From positions 15,934 to 79,933 of the forward strand of contig CAIKXE010000002.1 of NCBI GenBank assembly GCA_903831305.1: 64,000 bases of DNA, in the 5' to 3' direction. The notes beneath the pieces are model-generated. The model did not search any database. It saw only the letters and a program-made list of their open reading frames with translations, and was not told where the DNA came from. The stretch is from an uncultured bacterium. GTDB lineage: Bacteria; Patescibacteriota; Minisyncoccia; Phycocordibacterales; GWA1-40-21. Of the stretch, positions 39,441 through 49,426 are shown piece by piece (the first letter of the stretch is position 1; each line of letters opens with the position of its first letter). Both the position numbers and the translations under genes were made by a program.

Positions 39441-41135
39441 ATGCCTTTAACACTAGAAAAATTAAAAGAAATACTAGTTTCGGGCAACTATGTCAATGAA
39501 CAAAGTTTGGAAAATGCGGCGGCCACCGCTTTAAAAAAAGGTGAGCCTATAGAAGTGGTTTTGGTGCGGGAAGAAATGATTAAGGATGAAAAGCTGGGGG
39601 AGGCAATTTCCAAGTATTATAATGTCCCTTATACGGATTTGCGAGAGGAAAATATTCAAAATGATTTATTGGAAATGTTACCTGAGGCGGTAGCTTTGAA
39701 GCAAAATGCCGTGATTTTTGCTAAAACTGATGAGGGTTATAGCTTGGCTACTTCAGAACCGACTAATCTGAGTTTTATAAAAAGCGTGGATCAGTCTACT
39801 GAAGGACGAATCAAGATTTATTATGCTACTCCTTCCGGGATGCTTGAGGCTTTTAAGGCCTATAAGAATAATATCTTCAAGAATGTCTTGGATCTGATTG
39901 AAAACTATAAAGTGCACAATGATGAAAATAGTGTGGTGCTTCTGGTCAATCAGTTTTTGGAATATGCTTATGATAATAATGCTTCAGATGTACACATAGA
40001 GCCTTTGGCAAATAATGTGGTGTCTGTTCGTTTCCGTATTGATGGTATTTTGACTGAGGTGGTGCGTTATCCGATCGAGATGCATGACAAGATTATTTTT
40101 CGGGTAAAGATCATGTCTCACCTCCGTACGGATGAGCGCGGAGCGACGCAAGACGGTCGCTTTGAATATAAAACTGATCAGATGGAGTTTGACGTGCGTG
40201 TCTCTATTTTGCCAATTACTAATGGAGAAAATATTGTTTTTCGTATTCTCTCTGAGCGAGCCAAGAAAGTCCAGCTTGAGGATTTGGGTTTGAGTACTTT
40301 TGACTTAATAAAGGTTAAAAGGGCTATTGCTCAGCCTTATGGTATGATACTCGTGGTGGGGCCAACGGGGGCCGGTAAGACTACTACTTTATATTCTCTT
40401 ATTCAGATTTTAGCCGCCTTACCTATCAGTATTGTGACCATTGAAGATCCAGCAGAATACAGTATTGATAAGGTTCAGCAGATTCAGGTAAATCTGAAGA
40501 AAAATATTACTTTTGCCAATGGTCTACGTTCTATTGTGCGTCAGGATCCAGATGTGATTATGGTGGGAGAAATCCGTGATAGTGAGACCGCCAGTATTGC
40601 AGTGAACGCCGCTATGACTGGTCACCTTTTGTTTTCTACTTTGCATGCCAATGATTCGGCCACTATCTTTCCACGTTTGTTTGAGATGGGGGTGGAACCA
40701 TTTTTGGTAGCTTCCTCCATTAACGTGGTAGTAGCCCAGAGACTAGTCAGAAAAGTCTGTCCAAATTGTCGGATTAATTATCCTAAAACAGCGGCTGATA
40801 TCCCAGCCATTTTAGAGCAAGAAAAAACACCACAGTTTAAGGCTATGATGTCTAGGTTTTTTCCTAATAAGGAGCTTAAGGATATCAAGCTTTATCGGGG
40901 AACTGGTTGCAAGGCCTGCAAGCATACCGGTTACTTGGGGCGTATTGCCGTGTTTGAAGTGATGGAAGTGGATGATGATGTGCGAGCTTTAATCAGCGTC
41001 AAATCTTCCTCTTCAATGGTTAAAAATAAAGCCGAAGCCAATGGTATGACGCTTATGTATTACAATGGTTTGGTGCACTTGTTTAATGGTATCACCACCT
41101 TTGATGAATTAGAGGGGCTTTCCAATTTTGATTAA
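39441..41135 (+). CDS. pilB: PilB/GspE ATPase
   Basis: ASDVHIEP, RFRIDG, GPTGAGKTTT, two CxxC. Confidence 0.93.
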   Translation: MPLTLEKLKEILVSGNYVNEQSLENAAATALKKGEPIEVVLVREEMIKDEKLGEAISKYYNVPYTDLREENIQNDLLEMLPEAVALKQNAVIFAKTDEGYSLATSEPTNLSFIKSVDQSTEGRIKIYYATPSGMLEAFKAYKNNIFKNVLDLIENYKVHNDENSVVLLVNQFLEYAYDNNASDVHIEPLANNVVSVRFRIDGILTEVVRYPIEMHDKIIFRVKIMSHLRTDERGATQDGRFEYKTDQMEFDVRVSILPITNGENIVFRILSERAKKVQLEDLGLSTFDLIKVKRAIAQPYGMILVVGPTGAGKTTTLYSLIQILAALPISIVTIEDPAEYSIDKVQQIQVNLKKNITFANGLRSIVRQDPDVIMVGEIRDSETASIAVNAAMTGHLLFSTLHANDSATIFPRLFEMGVEPFLVASSINVVVAQRLVRKVCPNCRINYPKTAADIPAILEQEKTPQFKAMMSRFFPNKELKDIKLYRGTGCKACKHTGYLGRIAVFEVMEVDDDVRALISVKSSSSMVKNKAEANGMTLMYYNGLVHLFNGITTFDELEGLSNFD

Positions 41136-41144
41136 CCCTAAAAT

Positions 41145-42209
41145 ATGAAAATCAATTTATCATTTTTTAATAAAATATCACTGGAGGACCAAATCAGTTT
41201 TTCCAAAAATTTGGCGGTACTGCTTCGCGGTGGAGTGACGATCAATGAGGCGGTGGATTCCTTGGCTAGCCAGTCCAAGGGTAATATGCGCAAGGTTTTG
41301 TATCGTATCAAAGGTCATTTGGAAAATGGTGTTTCTCTTTATTCGGCTATCAGTGAAGAACCAGGGGCTTTTGGCCAGATTTTTATGAGTTTGGTCAAGG
41401 CGGGCGAGCTCTCAGGTTCCTTGTCTGAAAACTTGGAGTTTTTAGCCACCTGGCTCGAGCGGGATAGTAATCTGAGGCGAGAGATCAATGGTGTTTTGCT
41501 TTATCCCAAGATCGTTTTGACCGCCGTGGTCCTGCTTGGTGGTGGGTTATCTATTTTTATTTTGCCTAAATTAGTACCGATGTTCACCAGTCTTAACGTG
41601 ACTTTGCCCCTGATTACTAGAATAGTTTTGGCCGTTTCGGTCTTCCTACAGTCTTATTGGGTAAAGGTTATTGTCGGCACTTTCTCCACCATTACCGCCA
41701 CTTTTTTAATTTTTAAAATCCCTGTTATGAAGTACCTTTACCATAAAACCTTGGTTCATTTCCCTTATATTCAGAAATTTATTGTAGGGTATCAGCTGGC
41801 TCTCTTTTCTCAGTTGATGGGGACCCTGCTAAAGTCAGGTATCCCGATCGACGAGGCTTTAGAAGTAGCTTATGTAGGGACATCAAATTTGTATTATAAA
41901 AAAGTATTAAAGGAAATAATGGATCGGACTAATATGGGGGTATCATTGGTGGGAACAATGCATCTTTATCCCGAGCTTTATCCGGCAAACTCTTTGAGTA
42001 TTTTGTCTGTAGGAGAGAGTAGCGGAACGTTGGAGGACTCCTTTTTTAAGATTTCGGAATTTTGGACTAAAGATATTTTGGATCGGACCAAGCTCTTACC
42101 AACCATTATTGAACCAGTTCTTTTGGTAGTCATTGCGGCGGCGGTGGGAATGATCGCTCTTTCTATTGTCATGCCGATTTATAAACTGACCGGAAATTTG
42201 AAGAATTAG
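41145..42209 (+). CDS. PilC/GspF family platform protein
   Basis: GELSGSL, LLYP, GESSGTL, IIEP. Confidence 0.92.
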   Translation: MKINLSFFNKISLEDQISFSKNLAVLLRGGVTINEAVDSLASQSKGNMRKVLYRIKGHLENGVSLYSAISEEPGAFGQIFMSLVKAGELSGSLSENLEFLATWLERDSNLRREINGVLLYPKIVLTAVVLLGGGLSIFILPKLVPMFTSLNVTLPLITRIVLAVSVFLQSYWVKVIVGTFSTITATFLIFKIPVMKYLYHKTLVHFPYIQKFIVGYQLALFSQLMGTLLKSGIPIDEALEVAYVGTSNLYYKKVLKEIMDRTNMGVSLVGTMHLYPELYPANSLSILSVGESSGTLEDSFFKISEFWTKDILDRTKLLPTIIEPVLLVVIAAAVGMIALSIVMPIYKLTGNLKN

Positions 42210-42246
42210 ACAACCTCACTGGGCTAAAGTATGTTATAATAATCTT

Positions 42247-45200
42247 ATGAAGAGAGGTTTTTCTATGTTTGAACTTTTACTCGTAGTAGCTATTGCGGCG
42301 GTGATTTTTACTATTGTGGCCCCGGTGGGTATTAGCCTTTATCGAGCACAACTAGTGGAGGAGGTGCGGAGCAACATTATTGATGCCCTGCAAAAAGCTC
42401 GTCATAACTCTATTTTGCAAAAAGGGGATACGGCTTATGGAGTGCGCGTGGTAGCCGGGAGTTATACTATATTTCAGGGTGTGACATATGACACCAGGAA
42501 TATTGATGGAGATGAAGTTTTCCCGGTTGCCAGTAACGTCTCTTTTTCCGGTTGGCAGGATATTATTTTTGCTAAACTGACTGGCTTACCAAATGCTACG
42601 GGGACCCTGGCTATAAATTATAATGATATGAATCGTGGTATTGCGGTGGATATTTCTGGTGGTATTTCTAAGGTGGATGTGGTGGGCGGGGTGGAGGTGG
42701 TTACCGCTACTTATAGTGTCACTTTTGATGCAAATGGTGGTATTGGTAGTATGTCAGCTCAGACCTTTGATTCTGGGTCCACCGCTAATCTGAGTATTAA
42801 CACTTACACACGCTCTAGTTATGTTTTTGTTGGTTGGGCCACGAGTGTTGGTGGAGCAGTGTCTTATGCCGATGGTGCAAGTTATACTATGGGCTCTGCT
42901 AATGCCACACTATATGCCAAGTGGATAACGGTTCCCGGTGCACCCACTATTGGCACAGCTACTGCTGGTAATGCCACCTCTAGTGTCACATTCACTGCTC
43001 CGGCATCTGATGGTGGGGCAACTATTACTGGTTACACCGTCACTTCTAGCCCTGGTGGTCTCACTGGTACTGGTTCGGCTAGCCCTATTATCGTCACTGG
43101 TCTTTCAAATGGCACGGCCTACACGTTCACTGTCACCGCCACAAACTCTGTTGGCACCGGTACTTCTTCCGTCGCTTCAAACTCCATCATTCCTTCGGCT
43201 ATTTCAGCTGGTGGTCTAGTTTCTTACTGGCCGTTTGACGGTAATGCTAATGATATTATTGGTTCAAACCACGGCACAGTCTATGGTGGAGCATCTCTTG
43301 CTTCTGGTCTTAAGGGGGTCACCGACACGGCCTACAGTTTTGATGGTGTGGATGATTATATCAATGTAAACTCTTCATTTGGTAATCCAAATACAGTTAC
43401 TATTTCAGTTTGGTTTAAAACAAGCAGTAATGGAATTATATTTAATCAACATGATACCGTCTCACCTCCTACTAGCGCAAACTCTCATGTGCCAGCTCTC
43501 TGGGTGATTCCGGATGGTAGGCTTAGGGCTGAGTTATGGTCCGGAAGTATTGGAGCGATTTATAGTTCTAATAGTGTTGCTGATAATAATTGGCATCTTG
43601 CTACTTTAGTTGGTAATACTAATATTCAGTATTTATATCTTGATGGTGTTTTAGTGAATAGTAGAAGTGGTAACCTCAGTCAAAGCTGGTGGGCCAGAAC
43701 TACTTTTGGTGTCGGTTATGCAGCAAACCGTGAGGGCTCTGCTTCCGTTTGGAAATATTTTCCTGGATCGCTTGATCAAGTACATATTTATAACAGGGCC
43801 TTGTCTGGTTCAGAAATTTTGGTTATTTATAATGAGGAAAAACCGACCATCGTTGTCCCTGGTGCGCCCACTATTGGCACAGCTACCGCTGGTAACGCCA
43901 GCTCTAGTGTCACATTTACTGCTCCAGTTTTTAATGGTTATGAAAATATCACTAGCTATACGGTGACCTCTAGCCCGGGTGGCCTCACCGGTACTGGTTC
44001 GGCTAGCCCTATTATTGTCACCGGTCTTTCAAATGGCACGGCTTATACTTTTACTGTTACTGCTACTAATTCAGCTGGTACAAGTTTGTCTTCAGGCGCG
44101 TCCAACACGGTAATGCCGACGGTTGTTTCTGGAGGGCTTGCTTCATTTTGGCCGTTTGATGGTAATGCTAATGATTTGGCATCAACTAGTAATGGAACGG
44201 TTTATGGGGCTACAGCGACAACTGGTACTAGAGGCATAGCTAGTACGGCTTATAATTTTAATGCTAACACTGATTATATAGGAGGATTTGGGGATAATTT
44301 TGACATGGGGACCAATAATCAGACTATCTCTGCTTGGTATAAGGGAGGGACTTTGTCACAGATAGGGATGATTGTTGGTAAATCTCGTTATGCTGGCGGT
44401 GCTGGACGTTGGGCGGTGTATTTAACCACTGCCGGTAAGGTCGGAATGTTTATGAACTGTGGTGGTGCGGATATTGATGGTATTGGAACTAATTCTCGGG
44501 TCATAACTGATAATGTTTGGCATCATATTGTGGGAGTGTGGGACCGAGCCGGTAATTTTACTACTTATGTTGATGGTGTAGCTGATGGAGTAGTATCTAT
44601 CTCATCGTGTAATGGCTACAATATGGATAACCCTTATTACTTTTTGATTGGTACTTATGGTGATGAAACTGGTACGGGTGGTATAAAAACAATTTTGACG
44701 CTCAAGGGTAGCTTGGATCAGATTCGCTATTATAACAGGGCTCTTTCAGCTTCGGAAATTCTAGAAATTTTTAACACCGAGAGCCCTTGGTATAACAGTG
44801 CTTGGGCTTACCGCACCAGAATCACCATTGACCGCACCAAGGTAGCAAGCTCCACTGGCACGTTACTCGCTAATTTCCCCGTACTTATAAGTACTACCAG
44901 TGCCATGTTTAAAGATACGTCAAACAGTGGACACGTGGGGCAGGCGGATGGTGGGGATATTGTTTTCACTTCCGCTGACGGTATTACCAAGCTGGATCAT
45001 GAGATAGAGAGTTATACGCCCGCTTCTGGTAACCTCATCACCTGGGTGGAAGTGCCATCAGTTGCTACCACCACGAACACGGATATTTATATGTATTATG
45101 GCAATGCCAGTGTGGCAAATCAGTGGAATGCCTCAGGCACTTGGGATAGTAATTATAAAGGCGTGTGGCATTTATCTGATGCTGGTAATTCTACTAGTAC

Positions 45201-45873
45201 GGATTCTACTAGTAATGGTAACAATGGCACGAATAATGGTGTGACCGCTACTTCTTCAGGTCAAATAAACGGAGGATCATATTTCAATGGTGCGGGTTAT
45301 ATTAATATTCCTAGTAATTCTAACTTAAATGCTGGCAATAGCGGAACAACTTTGACTGTTTCTGCCTGGGTTAATCCAACAACTGCAGGCACTGATCAGA
45401 CAATTGCTTCAAAGTGGGATTATAATACTCAAGCTTCATGGGGTTTTCAAACAGGGGCAGGAGGTGAAGGTGGTGCAAGTAATTTACAAACATATATTCC
45501 CTCAACTGTTACTGATATAGGAGATAAAAAAGTATGGACGACAGATAATGGGCTATCATCAGGGTCGTGGCAGTATGTTCTTTTTGTTTATGATGGAAGT
45601 CAAACAGGAAATACAAATAGAGTTAAAATATATATTAATGGTAATTTAAAATCTGAAGCATCAGGTGGTACAGTACCATCCTCAGCCTCCGGAGGTTCTG
45701 CTTCAGTTAAAATTGGTAAATTTGGTGGAAACCTCACAAGATATTTTTCCGGTTCAATAGATGAAGTTCATATATCTTCCGTTGCCCGTTCTGCTGATTG
45801 GATAAAGACGGAATATAATAATCAAAGCGCACCGAATACTTTCTACACCATCGGCTCTGAGGTGACGTATTAG
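42247..45873 (+). CDS. 1208-aa pilin: FimT-like body, InlB-B-type repeat, FN3, LamG, FN3, LamG, DUF2341-like, LamG
   Basis: RG|FSMFE; VTFDANGG..LYAKW; two PGAPTIGTATAGN; YWPFDG..YNRALS; NFPVL..DIVF..IYMYYGN. Confidence 0.88.
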   Translation: MKRGFSMFELLLVVAIAAVIFTIVAPVGISLYRAQLVEEVRSNIIDALQKARHNSILQKGDTAYGVRVVAGSYTIFQGVTYDTRNIDGDEVFPVASNVSFSGWQDIIFAKLTGLPNATGTLAINYNDMNRGIAVDISGGISKVDVVGGVEVVTATYSVTFDANGGIGSMSAQTFDSGSTANLSINTYTRSSYVFVGWATSVGGAVSYADGASYTMGSANATLYAKWITVPGAPTIGTATAGNATSSVTFTAPASDGGATITGYTVTSSPGGLTGTGSASPIIVTGLSNGTAYTFTVTATNSVGTGTSSVASNSIIPSAISAGGLVSYWPFDGNANDIIGSNHGTVYGGASLASGLKGVTDTAYSFDGVDDYINVNSSFGNPNTVTISVWFKTSSNGIIFNQHDTVSPPTSANSHVPALWVIPDGRLRAELWSGSIGAIYSSNSVADNNWHLATLVGNTNIQYLYLDGVLVNSRSGNLSQSWWARTTFGVGYAANREGSASVWKYFPGSLDQVHIYNRALSGSEILVIYNEEKPTIVVPGAPTIGTATAGNASSSVTFTAPVFNGYENITSYTVTSSPGGLTGTGSASPIIVTGLSNGTAYTFTVTATNSAGTSLSSGASNTVMPTVVSGGLASFWPFDGNANDLASTSNGTVYGATATTGTRGIASTAYNFNANTDYIGGFGDNFDMGTNNQTISAWYKGGTLSQIGMIVGKSRYAGGAGRWAVYLTTAGKVGMFMNCGGADIDGIGTNSRVITDNVWHHIVGVWDRAGNFTTYVDGVADGVVSISSCNGYNMDNPYYFLIGTYGDETGTGGIKTILTLKGSLDQIRYYNRALSASEILEIFNTESPWYNSAWAYRTRITIDRTKVASSTGTLLANFPVLISTTSAMFKDTSNSGHVGQADGGDIVFTSADGITKLDHEIESYTPASGNLITWVEVPSVATTTNTDIYMYYGNASVANQWNASGTWDSNYKGVWHLSDAGNSTSTDSTSNGNNGTNNGVTATSSGQINGGSYFNGAGYINIPSNSNLNAGNSGTTLTVSAWVNPTTAGTDQTIASKWDYNTQASWGFQTGAGGEGGASNLQTYIPSTVTDIGDKKVWTTDNGLSSGSWQYVLFVYDGSQTGNTNRVKIYINGNLKSEASGGTVPSSASGGSASVKIGKFGGNLTRYFSGSIDEVHISSVARSADWIKTEYNNQSAPNTFYTIGSEVTY

Positions 45874-45909
45874 TTTTTAGTTTGAGTTTTTTAATGATAT
45901 AATTTAATC

Positions 45910-47016
45910 ATGACTATTACTCAGATCAAGCATAGCCAAGGATTTTCTCTTTTAGAGCTGGTTTTGGCGATCGCCATTTTTGCCTTTGGTTCTTTTGCCA
46001 TGGGGGCCATGCTCATTGATTCTAACGTGAGCACTAATGTAAGTATTGAACGTACCGCCGCCCTGCTTTATGCCAAGGAGGGGATAGAGGCAGTGCGGTC
46101 TATCCGGGATAATGACTGGAATACTATCTCTGCTCTTACCGATGGTAATCACGGTCTGAGTATTAATACCGCTAGCAGTACTTGGTCTCTAAGTGGCATT
46201 GCTGATTCATTGGACAGTAAGTTTACCCGGACGGTAAATATCTCAGCTAGTTCTACTGCTTCCTTTTTAAAAAATGTGGCAGTGACGGTGGACTGGCCTC
46301 TGCAATCTGGCAAGCTGGCTACCACCACCTTAAATACCTTGGTGACAAACTGGATTAATGTGCGTAACTTACCGAGCCAAATCCCTACGGATGGTTTAGT
46401 GGCTTATTGGTCCTTTGATGACGCTATGGCCGGTACGGCCGTGGACAGTGTGGGGACAAGTACCGGTACTGTCTATGGTGCTACTTCTACTCCGGGGGTC
46501 AGGAGTTACGGGTATAGTTTTGATGGAGGGAGTGGCTATGTTGATACTAAACAAATTAACTTTAATTACTTAGCAGTGTCTATGTGGTTTTATATGAAAA
46601 CTAATAATGGGACTGGTCAGTATGTATTGGCAAGTTCCGACGATGGGTCAAGTAGAAATTGGGCATTGTATTTTAACCCATCAGGTGCGCCGAACATTAT
46701 TCGTTTCTTTGTTTTTGTGAATAGTGTTGCTCAAATGTATGATGTTCCTTTTATTCCTTCGTTAAACACTTGGTATCATGTAGTAGCCACTGCTGATGGC
46801 TCATATTTAAAAATATATGTAGATGGTGATGTTCAATCACCGCCATTTGCTTATTCTGGGCTTATTGATAAAACAGGTGTTACTGTAAAGATAGGAAAGG
46901 GTTCTAATTCCTACTCACCGAATTATTTTGATGGCAAACTTGATCAAGTCCGTATTTATAACCGTGCGTTGACGCCTTATGAAGTAGAGGTGATTTATAG
47001 TGAGGAGAAGCCCTAA
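45910..47016 (+). CDS. PilV-like pilin with C-terminal LamG domain
   Basis: QG|FSLLE, EGIEAVRSIRD, GLVAYWSFD..IYNRALT. Confidence 0.88.
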   Translation: MTITQIKHSQGFSLLELVLAIAIFAFGSFAMGAMLIDSNVSTNVSIERTAALLYAKEGIEAVRSIRDNDWNTISALTDGNHGLSINTASSTWSLSGIADSLDSKFTRTVNISASSTASFLKNVAVTVDWPLQSGKLATTTLNTLVTNWINVRNLPSQIPTDGLVAYWSFDDAMAGTAVDSVGTSTGTVYGATSTPGVRSYGYSFDGGSGYVDTKQINFNYLAVSMWFYMKTNNGTGQYVLASSDDGSSRNWALYFNPSGAPNIIRFFVFVNSVAQMYDVPFIPSLNTWYHVVATADGSYLKIYVDGDVQSPPFAYSGLIDKTGVTVKIGKGSNSYSPNYFDGKLDQVRIYNRALTPYEVEVIYSEEKP

Positions 47017-47041
47017 TAATTAGGTGGTATAGTATAATAAT

Positions 47042-47431
47042 ATGCAGAAAAATTTTAAAGAATGGCATAAGAATAAAAGTGATATACATGAAAATAAGCA
47101 AAGACCTTTTTTTCATGAACAAGAGGTCTGGTTTGCTTCACTTGGATCAAATATTGGTTTTGAACAGGATGGTGTTGGGGAAAGTTTTTTAAGGCCAGTG
47201 GTTATTATTAAGAAGTTTAATAACGAAATATTTTGGGGTATTCCGACCACTAAGAAAAATAAAAAAGGAGTGTACTATTTTAGATTTAATTGGGGTAAGG
47301 ACAATGGCAGTTCGGCAATTCTTTCTCAAATAAGGTTGGTTGATAGTAAACGGTTATTTTATAAAATAGGCCAGATTAGTGATAAAGATTTAAAAGAAAT
47401 CAAAAAGCGTATTATTTCTTTGTTAGAATAA
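47042..47431 (+). CDS. PemK/MazF family endoribonuclease, no adjacent protein antitoxin
   Basis: EVWFASLGSNIGFEQDG..RPVVII, IPTT, SQIRLVDSKRL..IG.I. Confidence 0.88.
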   Translation: MQKNFKEWHKNKSDIHENKQRPFFHEQEVWFASLGSNIGFEQDGVGESFLRPVVIIKKFNNEIFWGIPTTKKNKKGVYYFRFNWGKDNGSSAILSQIRLVDSKRLFYKIGQISDKDLKEIKKRIISLLE

Positions 47432-47480
47432 TACGCTTTTTGTTTGGACCCCCTTGCGGGGGAGGGCCGAAGCCATTTAG
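47432..47480 (-). ncRNA. Candidate small RNA convergent on the MazF gene (3' end unknown)
   Basis: Minus strand GGC-UUCG-GCC and CCCCC-GCAA-GGGGG just downstream of a minus-strand promoter. Confidence 0.55.
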
Positions 47481-47486
47481 AGTATA

Positions 47487-47514
47487 AGTATAACAAACAA
47501 ATGATTTGTGTCAA
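47487..47514 (-). promoter_or_regulatory. Sigma70-type promoter on minus strand
   Basis: TTGACA-16 nt-TATACT with extended TG. Confidence 0.7.
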
Positions 47515-47549
47515 GTCTAAAATAAGGTTATAATATCAGTATAAAATAC

Positions 47550-48812
47550 ATGAAAAAAAGAGGGTTTACATTACTGGAGGCGGTTTTATATCTGGCGATC
47601 GCTGGGGTGGTCATCTACTTTATCAGCGGGTTTGCGTTCAACGCCATTTTTGGTAAAGCCAAGATTGAATCCATCCAAGAGGTGAGTGAGGGTAGCCGGT
47701 CCGTGCTGGACCAGATCAGTAGCGCCATCAGTAATTCTTCTGAGATCAATGGTTTGGAGGTGGACGTTCCGCCAGGGGAAACTGTTCCTTGGTATGATGT
47801 CTCTTGGATCTATCGAAAAAAGATTACTATTGATAAAACCAAGGTACCTAATACTGATCAGACTAATTTTCCGGTGTTGGTGTCACTCACTGGTCTCTCA
47901 AATATAAATGCAAACGGTACCGATATTAGATTCACTGATTCAACCGGTACTGGAGAACTAGCTAGAGAAATTGAATCATATTCCGCTGGCACATTGGTGG
48001 CTTGGGTCAAAGTGCCCGTACTTTCTACTTCTGCCAATACGGATATTTATATGTATTATGGCTCTTCGGGAGCCTCAGAGCCTTCGCCAAGATCGGCCTA
48101 CGGTTCACAAAAAGTTTGGGATGATGGTGGGAGTAATTATTTTAAAGGCGTGTGGCACTTAGCCGACCCGACAAATCCAGTTGATTCTACAGATGCGAAT
48201 AACGGGACAAACAGTGGATCGACAGCTACGGTTGGTCAGGTTGATGGCGGTGCATATTTTACTTCAGCAAATTATATCTCTCTTGGAGCATCAAATTTAT
48301 TTACTCCAACAACAGCATCAACTTTAAGTTTTTGGGTCAAAACATCCAACACGCACTACCAAAGATTATTTGTTTTTGAAAGGGCGTCTGGTTCATCAGC
48401 TATGGCTTTAAATATTGCAGTTAGTACTGGCGCCGGTGACGATAATAACGGGAAACCTTATGCTTTTTATCGCAATAGCTCAGATATATTGCTTTCAATG
48501 ATTGGTCCGTCGTCAATTGCTGATGGCAACTGGCATTACTTATCATATACTATTAATAATACAGTGGGCAGTTTATATGTCGACGGAATATCAGCTGCAA
48601 CTGCCAGTGATATTAGCGTTTCAAAAACTTTCAATTTTTCGAGCGATAATGCTCTTATTAACTATTTTACTAGCAATGGCCTTAATCCGGGATATCTCGA
48701 TGAGTCCAGATTTTCTAACACTGCCCGCTCGGCGGATTGGATAAAAACAGAATACAATAACCAAAGTTCACCAGCGACTTTTTACACCGTGGGGTCTGAG
48801 GAGACACCCTAG
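47550..48812 (+). CDS. PilW-like pilin N-terminus fused to DUF2341-like and LamG domains
   Basis: RG|FTLLE; W.YRKKITID..NFPVL; ARSADWIKTEYNNQ. Confidence 0.86.
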   Translation: MKKRGFTLLEAVLYLAIAGVVIYFISGFAFNAIFGKAKIESIQEVSEGSRSVLDQISSAISNSSEINGLEVDVPPGETVPWYDVSWIYRKKITIDKTKVPNTDQTNFPVLVSLTGLSNINANGTDIRFTDSTGTGELAREIESYSAGTLVAWVKVPVLSTSANTDIYMYYGSSGASEPSPRSAYGSQKVWDDGGSNYFKGVWHLADPTNPVDSTDANNGTNSGSTATVGQVDGGAYFTSANYISLGASNLFTPTTASTLSFWVKTSNTHYQRLFVFERASGSSAMALNIAVSTGAGDDNNGKPYAFYRNSSDILLSMIGPSSIADGNWHYLSYTINNTVGSLYVDGISAATASDISVSKTFNFSSDNALINYFTSNGLNPGYLDESRFSNTARSADWIKTEYNNQSSPATFYTVGSEETP

Positions 48813-48813
48813 T

Positions 48814-48934
48814 CAACCTCTCCCGCCAGCCGACTGGTGACCTCCCCTCATCTGATGGGGGGGGTGCGGAGAGTAACGTCTTCTCCCTCACATTAGTTAA
48901 GGGGAGGGTGTCGTTCTGACGACCGGAGAGGTTG
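48814..48934. repeat. Double-hairpin palindromic element, divergent member
   Basis: Perfect arms caacctctcc/ggagaggttg with two internal C-run/G-run hairpins. Confidence 0.75.
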
Positions 48935-48979
48935 TGTTTGTGTGTTGGTTTTGAGAGCGGATGTGGTATAATTTAAAAT

Positions 48980-49414
48980 GTGGAGAAGTATTTTAATCAG
49001 CGGAAAAATAAGCAAAGGGGTTTTTTGGTCTTGACCCTAGTGCTTCTGGTCTGTGCCACGGTTCTCGCTATCGCTTCTGGTATCTTTCTCCGTTCCATCG
49101 GCAAAGTAAGTGAGACCGGTGATTCAGAAAACTCTTTTAAATCCTGGAGTGCGGTGAATGCTTGCGGGGAATATGCCCTGGGGCGTATGGCCTCTATTGC
49201 TAGTGGTCAGCCAGGCTGGGCCTATCAAGGAAATGAGCTTTTGACCATCGGGGGTGAGACATGCTATATTTATGGCATAATTACCCAGGGAGAAAGCAAA
49301 ATCATTCAGGCTTCAAGTACGGTTTCCAATTTTACTAAAAAGATTGTTATTGAAGTGGCCACTAATACTCCCAAGGTCGTGATTAGTTCCTGGCGGGAAG
49401 TGGCGGATTTTTAG
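48980..49414 (+). CDS. Minor pilin (PilX-like)
   Basis: RG|FLVL, ACGEYAL, SWREVADF. Confidence 0.78.
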   Translation: MEKYFNQRKNKQRGFLVLTLVLLVCATVLAIASGIFLRSIGKVSETGDSENSFKSWSAVNACGEYALGRMASIASGQPGWAYQGNELLTIGGETCYIYGIITQGESKIIQASSTVSNFTKKIVIEVATNTPKVVISSWREVADF

Positions 49415-49426
49415 TTTAAATAGTTT

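Noticed and set aside
26475-44115. FN3 duplications (300-nt and 924-nt offsets) as DGR template/variable pairs
   Set aside because: Both copies are in-frame coding and differ mostly at synonymous sites, not specifically at adenines.
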